A DNA stretch of 40,683 nucleotides. Origin: Acidobacteriota bacterium (GTDB lineage Bacteria; Acidobacteriota; Blastocatellia; Pyrinomonadales; Pyrinomonadaceae). Below the pieces are notes generated by a model. That model was given only the letters and a program-made list of their open reading frames with translations. It searched no databases and had not been told where the DNA came from. The stretch is taken from positions 1 to 40,683 of the forward strand of contig JBDTMQ010000034.1 in assembly GCA_039934155.1 (NCBI GenBank). The letters run 5' to 3'. This document shows, in pieces, positions 1 to 7,901 of the stretch (position 1 is the first letter of the stretch; every line of letters starts with the position of its first letter). Made by a program: the position numbers and the translations under genes.

Positions 1-348
1 TACTCCTCCCTTATTATTGACGTAATAGAAACCTGCTAATCCCAATCCAGCAACTAATATCAGTCCGAGCCCAACCTGACCGACGGTGACGATACATCCC
101 ATTCTGCTCGTCGGTTCGACAGCCGCAAGCCGATATTGCTTCGGAGCTGCTTTGCCGAATTCGCCCGGCCCGGATTCGAGCGTTTTCAATGTGGAAATGT
201 CTTCGCGTCCGGCGGTAACCGGACCGTACTGAGCAGTCGGACTTCCGCCAAGACCGTCCGTGGGTTGACCGGATAGACGCGATCCATCCTCAAGACAGTA
301 ACTTAGATCGTCAGTAAATTGTCGACCGCATTTTGGACACGTTCTCAT
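1..348 (-). CDS. Zinc-ribbon domain membrane protein, partial (3' end outside window)
   Basis: My own translation of the minus strand starts at the ATG (complement of 346-348) and runs 116 codons to the window edge without a stop: MRTCPKCGRQFTDDLSYCLEDGSRL...SRMGCIVTVGQVGLGLILVAGLGLAGFYYVNNKGGV. It has a CxxC...YC zinc-ribbon-like N-terminus followed by one hydrophobic helix. It is absent from the ORF track because it is truncated. Confidence 0.55.
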   Translation of the reverse strand, partial: MRTCPKCGRQFTDDLSYCLEDGSRLSGQPTDGLGGSPTAQYGPVTAGREDISTLKTLESGPGEFGKAAPKQYRLAAVEPTSRMGCIVTVGQVGLGLILVAGLGLAGFYYVNNKGGV

Positions 349-394
349 CTGTTACCGGCAAAGCGGAATTTGCCAGAATTCTAACATGAAAACC

Positions 395-450
395 AAAAAA
401 GGGCCGTTGGACTTTCAATGCGCAACGCAGATCGCTCAAGTCACGGCCCC
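395..450 (-). terminator. Rho-independent terminator candidate downstream of the HExxH gene
   Basis: On the minus strand, GGGCCGT-GACTT...AAGTC-(CA)-ACGGCCC gives about 12 bp with a 2-nt bulge. It is followed by TTTTTTGGTTTTC and starts about 25 nt after the stop at 476. Confidence 0.5.
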
Positions 451-475
451 GGAGATGAAAATAACTGCCATGCAG

Positions 476-1039
476 CTATCCGTCGCCCGTAAACGTCGAG
501 TTGATGTATGAGTGATATTGCGGATCCGTCTTCAGGGCTTTCCGAACCTCATTAACAAAATATTGGAAGTCCCCGCCGTCTTTCAGCTCGTTCACCGCCA
601 AATAGCCGATGCTGGATTCTGAACCGGGTTCGAGACGACCGCGGGCATATCCCGAGTTTCTCAGATAGAAACCCTGCGCCACATAGGCGGCGGCCTCATT
701 ATCTATCCAAGGCATCGATCTGCGGGTCAGGTCAAAGAATGCATGGACAGATTCATGAACGATCAGAGCATTAAAATTTCGTGACCATCGCGGATTCTTA
801 CCGAGATAGAACGTATTTGAATCGGACCCCATCGAGAACGAAGCACTGTACATTGCAATATCCGTATTAAAACGGCCTTCGACCACTTTTATTTGGTCGG
901 CAGCCAGGGCATTTGCAACTTTGACAAAAGCTTCGCCGTCGATCGAAAGGTCCTTGTTATCAGTGGTCTTGAAAGAAAAATTTATGCGCGCCGTATCCGG
1001 ACTTCGCAAAATGTCAAGCATTTGTTGTTTAACGCCCAT
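476..1039 (-). CDS. Uncharacterised protein with HExxH plus downstream Glu (putative small zinc metallopeptidase)
   Basis: 187-aa ORF with an ATG start. HESVH lies at residues 95-99 (nt 743-757). NEAAAY follows with its Glu 16 residues after the second His, which is gluzincin-like spacing. No signal peptide or TM segment is visible. I do not recognise the family. Confidence 0.65.
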   Translation of the reverse strand: MGVKQQMLDILRSPDTARINFSFKTTDNKDLSIDGEAFVKVANALAADQIKVVEGRFNTDIAMYSASFSMGSDSNTFYLGKNPRWSRNFNALIVHESVHAFFDLTRRSMPWIDNEAAAYVAQGFYLRNSGYARGRLEPGSESSIGYLAVNELKDGGDFQYFVNEVRKALKTDPQYHSYINSTFTGDG

Positions 1040-1116
1040 ATCACCAGTCCTATTGGCAAATTCAGCGGTTTAATATACAGCGAAAAGACGCTTTTTGTAT
1101 CGGCAATTTGCTAAGC

Positions 1117-3234
1117 TCAATTTATAAATTCACTCGTCGAGGATGGATCGGATCCAAGGACCGCTGATTCTTCTTCCAGGTCCCAGATCTCAAACAAAGC
1201 GGGCGGGCACTCGGTAACAAAACGCGAAGGTTTTTGAAGAACAGCCTGGCGGTTATAGTCAACTGTAATAAGGGGATACGAGATGTACAACTCGTCTTTG
1301 GCACGGGTCAGAGCGACATACCACAAACGCCGCTCTTCCTCTTCACTGTCGATCTCTTTCAGACAACGGGGACTCGGAAATTTGCCTTCAGCCGCCCAGA
1401 TGATAAATACGGCCTTCCATTCGAGGCCCTTTGCCTGATGAACGCTGGTGAGAGTGAGAAGTTCGTCGTCCTCACCTGCCGTGACGATATCCTCGCCCGC
1501 CAGCGTTTTCGGCTCGGTGAAACGCTCGGTCGACAGCAATGCCAGCTCAGCGAGAAAATCTTCGGTCGAATTATACCGGTTTGCGAAAAGTGCCAGACCC
1601 CGGATATCCTCAGCTCGAGATTCGGCATTTTCGTAGTTTTCCAACAAGTACTGCTCATAGCCGTTCGTAAGGATCAATTCGATCTGTTTGGCCGGCTTGT
1701 TGCGATTTTCTTCAGCAATCAGGATCTCGATAAGGCGCAAAAAGTTTTCCCAGGATGATCTGGACCGCATCTTTGAAAAAGATCGAAGGTGAGCAAGCGA
1801 ATTTTCCGCTTCTGTCTGTCCGGCGTCATTTTTCGGGGACGGCTCGGATCGGACCAGGCCCACAACCTCTGTTTTTTCGGACAATAACTCAAATATTCGA
1901 TTAGCCGTCGATCTTCCGATGCCTGGGATGAGTTTTAGAATGCGTTTCCAGGCCAGCTCGTCCCGAGGGTTGACCAGCACTCGCAGATACGAGACAACGT
2001 CCTTGATATGGGCCTGCTCAAAGAATCTGACTCCAGACTGCACCCGATACGGTATATTGCGACGGGACAGCTCGAGCTGGAGTTCGATCGAATGATAATG
2101 CGAGCGATACATTACGGCGATGTCCTCGAGCGCTGTCCCGGCATCTCTAAGCTCTAAAATTCGCGATGCGACGAATGCCGATTGCTGTTCGACATCCGAA
2201 CAGGGGATCAATGCGGGCTTAATGTCAGAACCTCGTTTGACCGCCTGAAGGATCTTAGGGAACTGTTTTCGGTTGGTCGCGATCGACACATTGGCGAGTG
2301 CGAGTATTTCGGGCGTCGATCGATAATTTGTTTCGAGTTTGAAGACCTGTGCCTCGGGATACCGTTTCGGAAATTCGTAGATGTTGGTAAACTCGGCACC
2401 GCGCCAGGCAAAGATCGACTGGGCATCGTCGCCCACAACCATTACGTTTCGATGCCTGGCGGCCAAAAGGTCGATGATCTCGGCCTGAAGTCGGTTGGTG
2501 TCCTGATACTCATCGACCAAAATGTGCTGGAACTGTTCGGTGTAAACGTTCGCGATCTCAGGTTTTTCAATGAGAAGCTTCTTGACGTTCAACAATAGAT
2601 CATCATAGTCCATCACGTTCCGCTCATGCTTGCGCACGCTATAGAGCGAACCGACCCTTTTGATCTGACTTGTCAACAGTTCGAAATAAGGGTACTTGTC
2701 GGGAATTATCGTCTCGATAGCCAGGTCGGTATTATTCGCAAAACTGATAATGTCCTGAATGACCTCAGCCTTGGGAAAACGCTTGCCCTTTGTGTCGATA
2801 GCTGCGTCCTCGATGCAGATATTGATCAGGTCGCGGGCGTCTTCGCTATCCAATATAGAATAATTTTGGTCGTAGCCGAGACTTACCGCGTGACGCCGAA
2901 GCAGCATGTTGGCGATCCGGTGAAATGTTCCGCCCCAAACCAGATGGACGTTCTGGCTTCCGGTCAACGTTTCAACCCGGCGGAGCATTTCCCGGGCGGC
3001 CCGGTTGGTGAATGTTGCGAGTACGATGCGCCGTGGCGAAATTCCTTGTTCTATCAGGTAGGCGACGCGATATGTGATCGCTCGGGTTTTGCCGGTTCCG
3101 GCGCCGGCGACGACCAACGCTGCTTTAGACGGTGCGGTCACTACGCGAAACTGTTCTTCGTTCAGCTCGCTCTTGTAGCGGGTCAGCCGGTCGGGAAGCG
3201 AATTCTTGTCGCGTTTAATAACGTAGCGTGCCAT
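1117..3234 (-). CDS. ATP-dependent DNA helicase, UvrD/PcrA/Rep family
   Basis: 705 aa. Motifs seen: Walker A AGAGTGKT, LATFTNRAA, DEYQDTN, TNYRS, and C-terminal VHQAKGLEW and YVALTRA helicase motifs. Confidence 0.93.
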   Translation of the reverse strand: MARYVIKRDKNSLPDRLTRYKSELNEEQFRVVTAPSKAALVVAGAGTGKTRAITYRVAYLIEQGISPRRIVLATFTNRAAREMLRRVETLTGSQNVHLVWGGTFHRIANMLLRRHAVSLGYDQNYSILDSEDARDLINICIEDAAIDTKGKRFPKAEVIQDIISFANNTDLAIETIIPDKYPYFELLTSQIKRVGSLYSVRKHERNVMDYDDLLLNVKKLLIEKPEIANVYTEQFQHILVDEYQDTNRLQAEIIDLLAARHRNVMVVGDDAQSIFAWRGAEFTNIYEFPKRYPEAQVFKLETNYRSTPEILALANVSIATNRKQFPKILQAVKRGSDIKPALIPCSDVEQQSAFVASRILELRDAGTALEDIAVMYRSHYHSIELQLELSRRNIPYRVQSGVRFFEQAHIKDVVSYLRVLVNPRDELAWKRILKLIPGIGRSTANRIFELLSEKTEVVGLVRSEPSPKNDAGQTEAENSLAHLRSFSKMRSRSSWENFLRLIEILIAEENRNKPAKQIELILTNGYEQYLLENYENAESRAEDIRGLALFANRYNSTEDFLAELALLSTERFTEPKTLAGEDIVTAGEDDELLTLTSVHQAKGLEWKAVFIIWAAEGKFPSPRCLKEIDSEEEERRLWYVALTRAKDELYISYPLITVDYNRQAVLQKPSRFVTECPPALFEIWDLEEESAVLGSDPSSTSEFIN

Positions 3235-3260
3235 AAACGATGTTTCATTTATAACACGCT

Positions 3261-3316
3261 AATAAATTAAACCGAAAATTAGGGAAGAAACAGGTGAGCC
3301 GATCCCTGGTTTTCGG
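3261..3316 (-). terminator. Rho-independent terminator candidate downstream of the SIMPL gene
   Basis: On the minus strand, CCGAAAACCAGGGA...TCCCTAATTTTCGG gives 12 bp with a 2-nt internal mismatch. It is followed by TTTAATTTATT and lies 14 nt after the stop. Confidence 0.45.
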
Positions 3317-3330
3317 CTGCCTATTCGTGA

Positions 3331-4071
3331 TCAATCCACCGCGAAACTGACGTTCACCACTGCGGTCATATCCTTTTCTATCGTTGACGTATCGTAAACG
3401 CCGTAGTCTGACACATCTGTCGAGTCGGCAGCCGTAATTTGCAGGACGCCCATCCTTGCCGATCGAACGGCACCGATCGAATTGCCTGTGCTTTGTGCGA
3501 TCCGCTCGGCCCGTTCCTTGGCATCTTTTGCCGCCTCGCCAAGCATTTCGATCTTGAGGTCGCCGATCTGTGTGTAGTAATACTGCGGCGGCCGAGATTC
3601 GATCAGAATTCCCTGGTTAATGAGTTCTGTCGCTTCGCGTGCAACCTGCGATATCTTCTGAACGTCATTGGATCTCACCTCGATCTGCTGTGAAAGGGCA
3701 TATCCGGTTATTTCTGACGTTTCATTGCCATCGGCGTCGCGACCTTTTTGTGTGGTCGTCGTGATCGACGAAACGGTCATCTGCGCTTCAGCGATTCCTT
3801 TCTCAAGTAAGTATTGCTTTATGCGAGGCACACTGTCGGAAAGCTGTTTGTAAGCATCCGACAGACCCGGTGCCTGGGCTGTAATGCCGGCGTTCCAAAC
3901 GACAAGGTCGGAAGAGATCCGCCGTTTCGCTGAACCGGTCACCGTTATTGCCTCGTCGCCCCGTTTGGTTTTTGAATAAAACCAGCCAAATATCAAAGAG
4001 GACAGCACCAGTCCGATAGCTAGTGCAATGCCCGCGTTGAACCAATAGTTTCGCTCACCGTTGATCGCCAT
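3331..4071 (-). CDS. SIMPL (DUF541) domain protein with N-terminal membrane anchor
   Basis: The ORF runs 3331-4089. The upstream-most start is TTG, and the first ATG (MAINGERNYW...) is at 4071. It has an N-terminal TM helix followed by SIMPL-like sequence (ITVTGSA...V...GYALSQQIEVR...IAQSTG...). The family call is from memory of the domain. Confidence 0.75.
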   Translation of the reverse strand: MAINGERNYWFNAGIALAIGLVLSSLIFGWFYSKTKRGDEAITVTGSAKRRISSDLVVWNAGITAQAPGLSDAYKQLSDSVPRIKQYLLEKGIAEAQMTVSSITTTTQKGRDADGNETSEITGYALSQQIEVRSNDVQKISQVAREATELINQGILIESRPPQYYYTQIGDLKIEMLGEAAKDAKERAERIAQSTGNSIGAVRSARMGVLQITAADSTDVSDYGVYDTSTIEKDMTAVVNVSFAVD

Positions 4072-4252
4072 AAGTTTGATCCGCTGCAAAATTCAAGACC
4101 ATAATACTCTGAATCCAAAAAAAGAAAAGAGTTTTTTATTATGTTAGAAGCGGTAAATATTGATTACTAGTCCTAAAAGAGGGGTCGAGCGATCTGCTGC
4201 TCGCCGGGCAATTTTAACCCGTCTGTTTCGACCTTACTCATCCGTCTAAAGC

Positions 4253-4282
4253 AAGACAATCGGACCGCCGAAATGATATAAT
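4253..4282 (+). promoter_or_regulatory. Candidate extended -10 promoter for ybaB-recR
   Basis: TGATATAAT (TG at 4274-4275, TATAAT at 4277-4282) with a weak -35 aaGACA at 4253-4258 and an 18-nt spacer, about 50 nt upstream of the ybaB ATG. Confidence 0.35.
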
Positions 4283-4331
4283 GTTTGTTTACAAAGACCG
4301 ATCTAACAGGAGTCTAAAGACGTAAAAAGTT

Positions 4332-4637
4332 ATGAAATTTCCCGGCGGATTCGACATGAACGCAATGATGAAACAGGCCCAGCAAATGCAGGAACAGATG
4401 GGCAAGGAAATGAAGGAGACCGTTGTGGAAGCATCAGCCGGCGGCGGCGGTGTAACGGTAAAAATGCGGGGCGATTTTGAAGTGCTGGAGGTGAAGATAT
4501 CGCCCGAGATCGTAAAGGACGGCGACGTCGATATGATCCAGGACCTGACGGTCGCGGCACTGAACGAAGCACATCGCAAGATCGAAGAATCACTCAAAGG
4601 AAAGCTGGGCGGAATGCTGCCGCCCGGGTTGATGTAA
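4332..4637 (+). CDS. ybaB: YbaB/EbfC family nucleoid-associated protein
   Basis: 101 aa. It has the typical MNAMMKQAQQMQEQM N-terminus, the EASAGGGGVTVKM..G motif and a hydrophobic C-terminal tail. It lies immediately upstream of recR, as in many bacteria. Confidence 0.92.
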   Translation: MKFPGGFDMNAMMKQAQQMQEQMGKEMKETVVEASAGGGGVTVKMRGDFEVLEVKISPEIVKDGDVDMIQDLTVAALNEAHRKIEESLKGKLGGMLPPGLM

Positions 4638-4716
4638 ACGTAATGGTGAGCGATCAAAGATGATTGGTGAACGTTTCTCCATTTGCCATTCATAGCTCGC
4701 CATTCGCCATTAAATT

Positions 4717-5205
4717 ATGTTGGATTATTCAGAGCCCGTCGCGCGGCTGATCGACGAATTCAAAAGGTTGCCGGGCGTCGGGCATAAATCTGCTCAGCGC
4801 CTTGCGTTTTATATTCTCAGGCGGCCGGCCGCCGAGGTAGAGAATTTTATCGGCGCGCTGCGCGAGGTCAAGGAAAAGATCGTTTTTTGCAGCACCTGTA
4901 ACAATTTGACAGATGTCGATCCTTGTATGTACTGTACGAACCCCAAGCGTGACAGGTCGATAATTTGTGTTGTCGAAGAACCGTACAATCTGGTTGCGGT
5001 CGAGAAAACCAGGTCGTTTCGCGGCCTCTATCATATTCTTCACGGCTCTCTCTCGCCTATGCGCGGCATGGGCCCCGATGAACTTATGCTCGCAAATCTG
5101 CTGCCGCGGCTTCTGCCAGCCATGGGTATGCCCGTCGGTTCGGACCTCGAATACGTAGATGAGGTCACGATGGACAAAGCTCTTACTAACCGACACGCTA
5201 TATAA
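4717..5205 (+). CDS. recR: Recombination protein RecR (unusually short; apparent internal Toprim deletion)
   Basis: Seen: helix-hairpin-helix LPGVGHKSAQRLAF, C4 zinc finger CSTCNNLTDVDPCMYC, Toprim start ICVVEEP, and C-terminal GMPVGSDLEYVDEVTM. It is only 162 aa versus about 200 aa for typical RecR. Confidence 0.88.
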   Translation: MLDYSEPVARLIDEFKRLPGVGHKSAQRLAFYILRRPAAEVENFIGALREVKEKIVFCSTCNNLTDVDPCMYCTNPKRDRSIICVVEEPYNLVAVEKTRSFRGLYHILHGSLSPMRGMGPDELMLANLLPRLLPAMGMPVGSDLEYVDEVTMDKALTNRHAI

Positions 5206-5223
5206 ATTGGGGGAGAGGACCAA

Positions 5224-6591
5224 ATGACCCCTTCCCCGATAAAGCGATTAACTCTTGCCGACCTGATACTTAACCGCAGTGGGACTCTCGTTTTTCGAAT
5301 GATCCTTGCGATCTTCGGGATCGCTCTCAGGTTGTTCTTTCGTCGGATCGAGACGGTCAACGCCGACATCGTACCCCGCGGCACCGGCGTCATCTTTGTA
5401 CTAAACCACCCGAATGGCCTGATCGACCCGGCCCTTGTATTTGTTTCGCTGCCGCGCCGGATATCATTCCTCGCAAAATCGACACTGTTCAGAATGCCCG
5501 TAATTTCATTTTTGCTGAGGACGGTTGACGCCCTGCCTTTGTACCGCAAGATCGACGCGGGAGAGGATGTATCGAAGAACAGCAAAACTTTTAAAGTGTG
5601 TTCCGAACTGCTGCAGCGAGGCGGGTCGATCGCATTATTTCCCGAAGGGGTCTCGCATAATTCGCCAAACCTGCTCCCAATAAAAACCGGTGCCGCGCGA
5701 ATTGCGCTTGGAGCCGTTTCAGTCGGATCAGGTGTCAGTAAACTGGACCTTAAGATCACGCCCGTGGGACTTTTCTATACGAGCAAAGGCACGTTTCGCA
5801 GCGAGGCATTGCTGCACTTCGGCGAGCCTTTCACCGTCGAGCAGATAGTTTTGGATGCCGAGGGCCAGCCGCCGCGCGACGCCGTTCGCCAGCTTACCGA
5901 TCGGATAGATGCGGCGCTTCGCGAAGTGACGCTGAACGCGGGTTCTGATTTTGAATTACAAACGGCGCGAAAAGCAGAGGCAATATTGGCCGCCGCGGCC
6001 GTCAATGAGAATTTAGGAGAAAAGCTCGAGTTTCTTCAAAGATTCGTTTCCGGGAACGGCGCTGTCGATACCGGTCTTCGCGCAAAGGTAAGCGAATTCG
6101 ACGATCGTCTTGATGCTTTCGGGATCGAGCCCGAACACCTTTCGCTGGCCCAATTTTCGCGTGCGTCGGTGTTAAGACAGGCACTGCTGCAGATTTGGCC
6201 GTTGATACTGCTTTTACCTCTGGCGTTTATCGGCACACTGCTACATTACCCGGCGTATCGTTTGTGCGGCGTTATCGCAAGACATATGTCGAAACACGGC
6301 GCCGACGATGTAGAATCGACGGTCAAGGTGCTGGCCGGCATAGTGATCGTCCCGACAACGTGGGCAGTTGCGGCTACCGTATCGGCATTTTTTTTGGGTT
6401 GGATTGCCGCACCGATCGCGGTCATTGCATCTGCGATCTGCGGATACGCGGCGCTTTATACACAGGAAGAAGTGCTCGAATTAAGCGGATGGGCGAACGC
6501 CATTCGACTATTCCTGACCCGTCGCGAAGCTTTTTTGCGGCTTTTTATCGAACGGCGCGCCTTACAGGAGGAGTTGCGTGCCTATGATTGA
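5224..6591 (+). CDS. Lysophospholipid (1-acyl-sn-glycerol-3-phosphate) acyltransferase family protein with C-terminal membrane domain
   Basis: 455 aa. It has the HX4D motif (NHPNGLID), an FPEGVSHN motif and IKTGAARIA. The C-terminal third has several hydrophobic helices. Confidence 0.85.
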   Translation: MTPSPIKRLTLADLILNRSGTLVFRMILAIFGIALRLFFRRIETVNADIVPRGTGVIFVLNHPNGLIDPALVFVSLPRRISFLAKSTLFRMPVISFLLRTVDALPLYRKIDAGEDVSKNSKTFKVCSELLQRGGSIALFPEGVSHNSPNLLPIKTGAARIALGAVSVGSGVSKLDLKITPVGLFYTSKGTFRSEALLHFGEPFTVEQIVLDAEGQPPRDAVRQLTDRIDAALREVTLNAGSDFELQTARKAEAILAAAAVNENLGEKLEFLQRFVSGNGAVDTGLRAKVSEFDDRLDAFGIEPEHLSLAQFSRASVLRQALLQIWPLILLLPLAFIGTLLHYPAYRLCGVIARHMSKHGADDVESTVKVLAGIVIVPTTWAVAATVSAFFLGWIAAPIAVIASAICGYAALYTQEEVLELSGWANAIRLFLTRREAFLRLFIERRALQEELRAYD

Positions 6592-6622
6592 TATACCAGC
6601 TCTCCGGTCTGTAAAGTGGATG

Positions 6623-7237
6623 CTAAAATCTGACCTTTTCTTCTTCGGCGTTCGAAGCACTTCGGGATGCTTTCCACTCTTGTTCAGTACCGTAAAAGTT
6701 GACATCAAATGTTAGAAGGCTTTTTACCGGTATCCCGTTGAACTCGGTCGGCGCATCCTCGAATTTTGCGATCACGCCACAGCCAATTACCTCTGCGCCG
6801 ATCTCCTTACACAGGTCGATCGTCTCCTGGACGGCCTTGCCTGAGCGAAGAATGTCGTCAACGATGATCGCGGGATAAACATCCGACTCGCTCATGTATT
6901 GGCGAAACTGTCGCTTGCCCTCTTCCATCTCGGCCCAATAGATCTGCTCGGCGCTTAAGGCCTCTCTAACTCCGAATGCGACCATGATGCCGCCGGGGCT
7001 TGGGCTGATCACAGACACTTTCGGAAGTACCTTTGAGATCGATTTTTCCATTCGAAAGAGGCGGCTCAACCCGACCGAGAGTATCCGAGCGTTGTCGTAA
7101 TACCGAAATGCCAGGGGCATCTGGAAATAATGCGATGCATGTTTGCCGTTGGGATAAACAAAGTGTCCTTTTCGGTAAGCACCTGTCTTTTGCAGAATTT
7201 TCATTACGGATTCCGGCGACGGAATAAGATCGATCAT
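6623..7237 (-). CDS. Phosphoribosyltransferase family protein (PyrE-like)
   Basis: 204 aa. PRPP-binding loop AIIVDDILRSGKAV. The N-terminal GHFVYPNGKHASHYF resembles type I PRTases but is not a canonical PyrE signature. Confidence 0.78.
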   Translation of the reverse strand: MIDLIPSPESVMKILQKTGAYRKGHFVYPNGKHASHYFQMPLAFRYYDNARILSVGLSRLFRMEKSISKVLPKVSVISPSPGGIMVAFGVREALSAEQIYWAEMEEGKRQFRQYMSESDVYPAIIVDDILRSGKAVQETIDLCKEIGAEVIGCGVIAKFEDAPTEFNGIPVKSLLTFDVNFYGTEQEWKASRSASNAEEEKVRF

Positions 7238-7293
7238 TTATTTCACCTCTAATTATTCACTAGCCTCATTTTAAACAACCAGCCGAGTATTTT

Positions 7294-7749
7294 TCAAACC
7301 TCCCTTTCTAATACTTTACGAATGATCGATATCTGCGACCTGCCCATTTCCTTCGGCAGATCGTCAAGTACGAACCAACCCCAATCAAAGATCTCGCGGC
7401 TGAGAGTAACGGGTTCACCGTCGGCCGTCGCATGAAAAATGATCTCGATGTGACGTCTAACGGTACGTATCCGCATTAGTCGCACGTCAGAAAGCCCCAG
7501 GCCGGTTTCTTCACATATTTCACGTCGAATTGCATCTTCGGGTTGTTCGGAACCGTTAACGAAGCCTCCCGGCAATCCCCACCCTGAAAAAGGCCGCAAA
7601 ACATGATTCAAAAGCAGCACCTCGTTTCGCGGGTTTACAATTACTGCAGCAGCAGATACAGTGAATTTAGTCTGCGAAATGCGAACGATCTTCAGCCGTA
7701 CCCCAGCCGGCAGAATTTTCCAAGCATCTCGAACCAACTTTCTAAACAT
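7294..7749 (-). CDS. NUDIX hydrolase
   Basis: Nudix box GGFVNGSEQPEDAIRREICEETGL (GX5EX7REUXEEXGU). The first ATG is at 7749 and the track start at 7752 is GTG. Confidence 0.85.
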   Translation of the reverse strand: MFRKLVRDAWKILPAGVRLKIVRISQTKFTVSAAAVIVNPRNEVLLLNHVLRPFSGWGLPGGFVNGSEQPEDAIRREICEETGLGLSDVRLMRIRTVRRHIEIIFHATADGEPVTLSREIFDWGWFVLDDLPKEMGRSQISIIRKVLEREV

Positions 7750-7901
7750 CACAATCGGCTACTCATCACTCGGCTCCTATTTCAGGATGTCGAAATTTTT
7801 GAAACTCGACCACCGTTAAAACTGTTTAAAACTAGAGAGCGAGAATCTTACGCCCACTGTTGGACTCGTACATCTTAGCTTTACTTCTTAGGGATCTACG
7901 A

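Noticed and set aside
476-4071. UvrD-family helicase with neighbouring HExxH and SIMPL genes as a possible defence module
   Set aside because: The helicase has a standard full-length UvrD/PcrA layout with no fused nuclease or other effector. The neighbours are separated from it by terminator-like hairpins. No mobile-element or island signatures are present.
4090-4331. Looked for an SRP RNA (ffs) or other ncRNA in the 242-bp gap upstream of ybaB, where ffs-dnaX-ybaB-recR is a common arrangement
   Set aside because: I could find no conserved 4.5S domain IV-like motif or extended helix. Only a promoter-like extended -10 element was visible.
5040-5759. 239-aa minus-strand ORF
   Set aside because: It overlaps the recR 3' end and the acyltransferase 5' region on the opposite strand. 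Both of those genes have clear motifs. Its composition looks non-protein-like.
6623-7749. Adjacent NUDIX hydrolase and phosphoribosyltransferase as a nucleotide-targeting defence pair
   Set aside because: Both look like ordinary small metabolic enzymes. No reverse transcriptase, sensor or toxin partner is present, and there is no compositional anomaly. Adjacency alone is insufficient.
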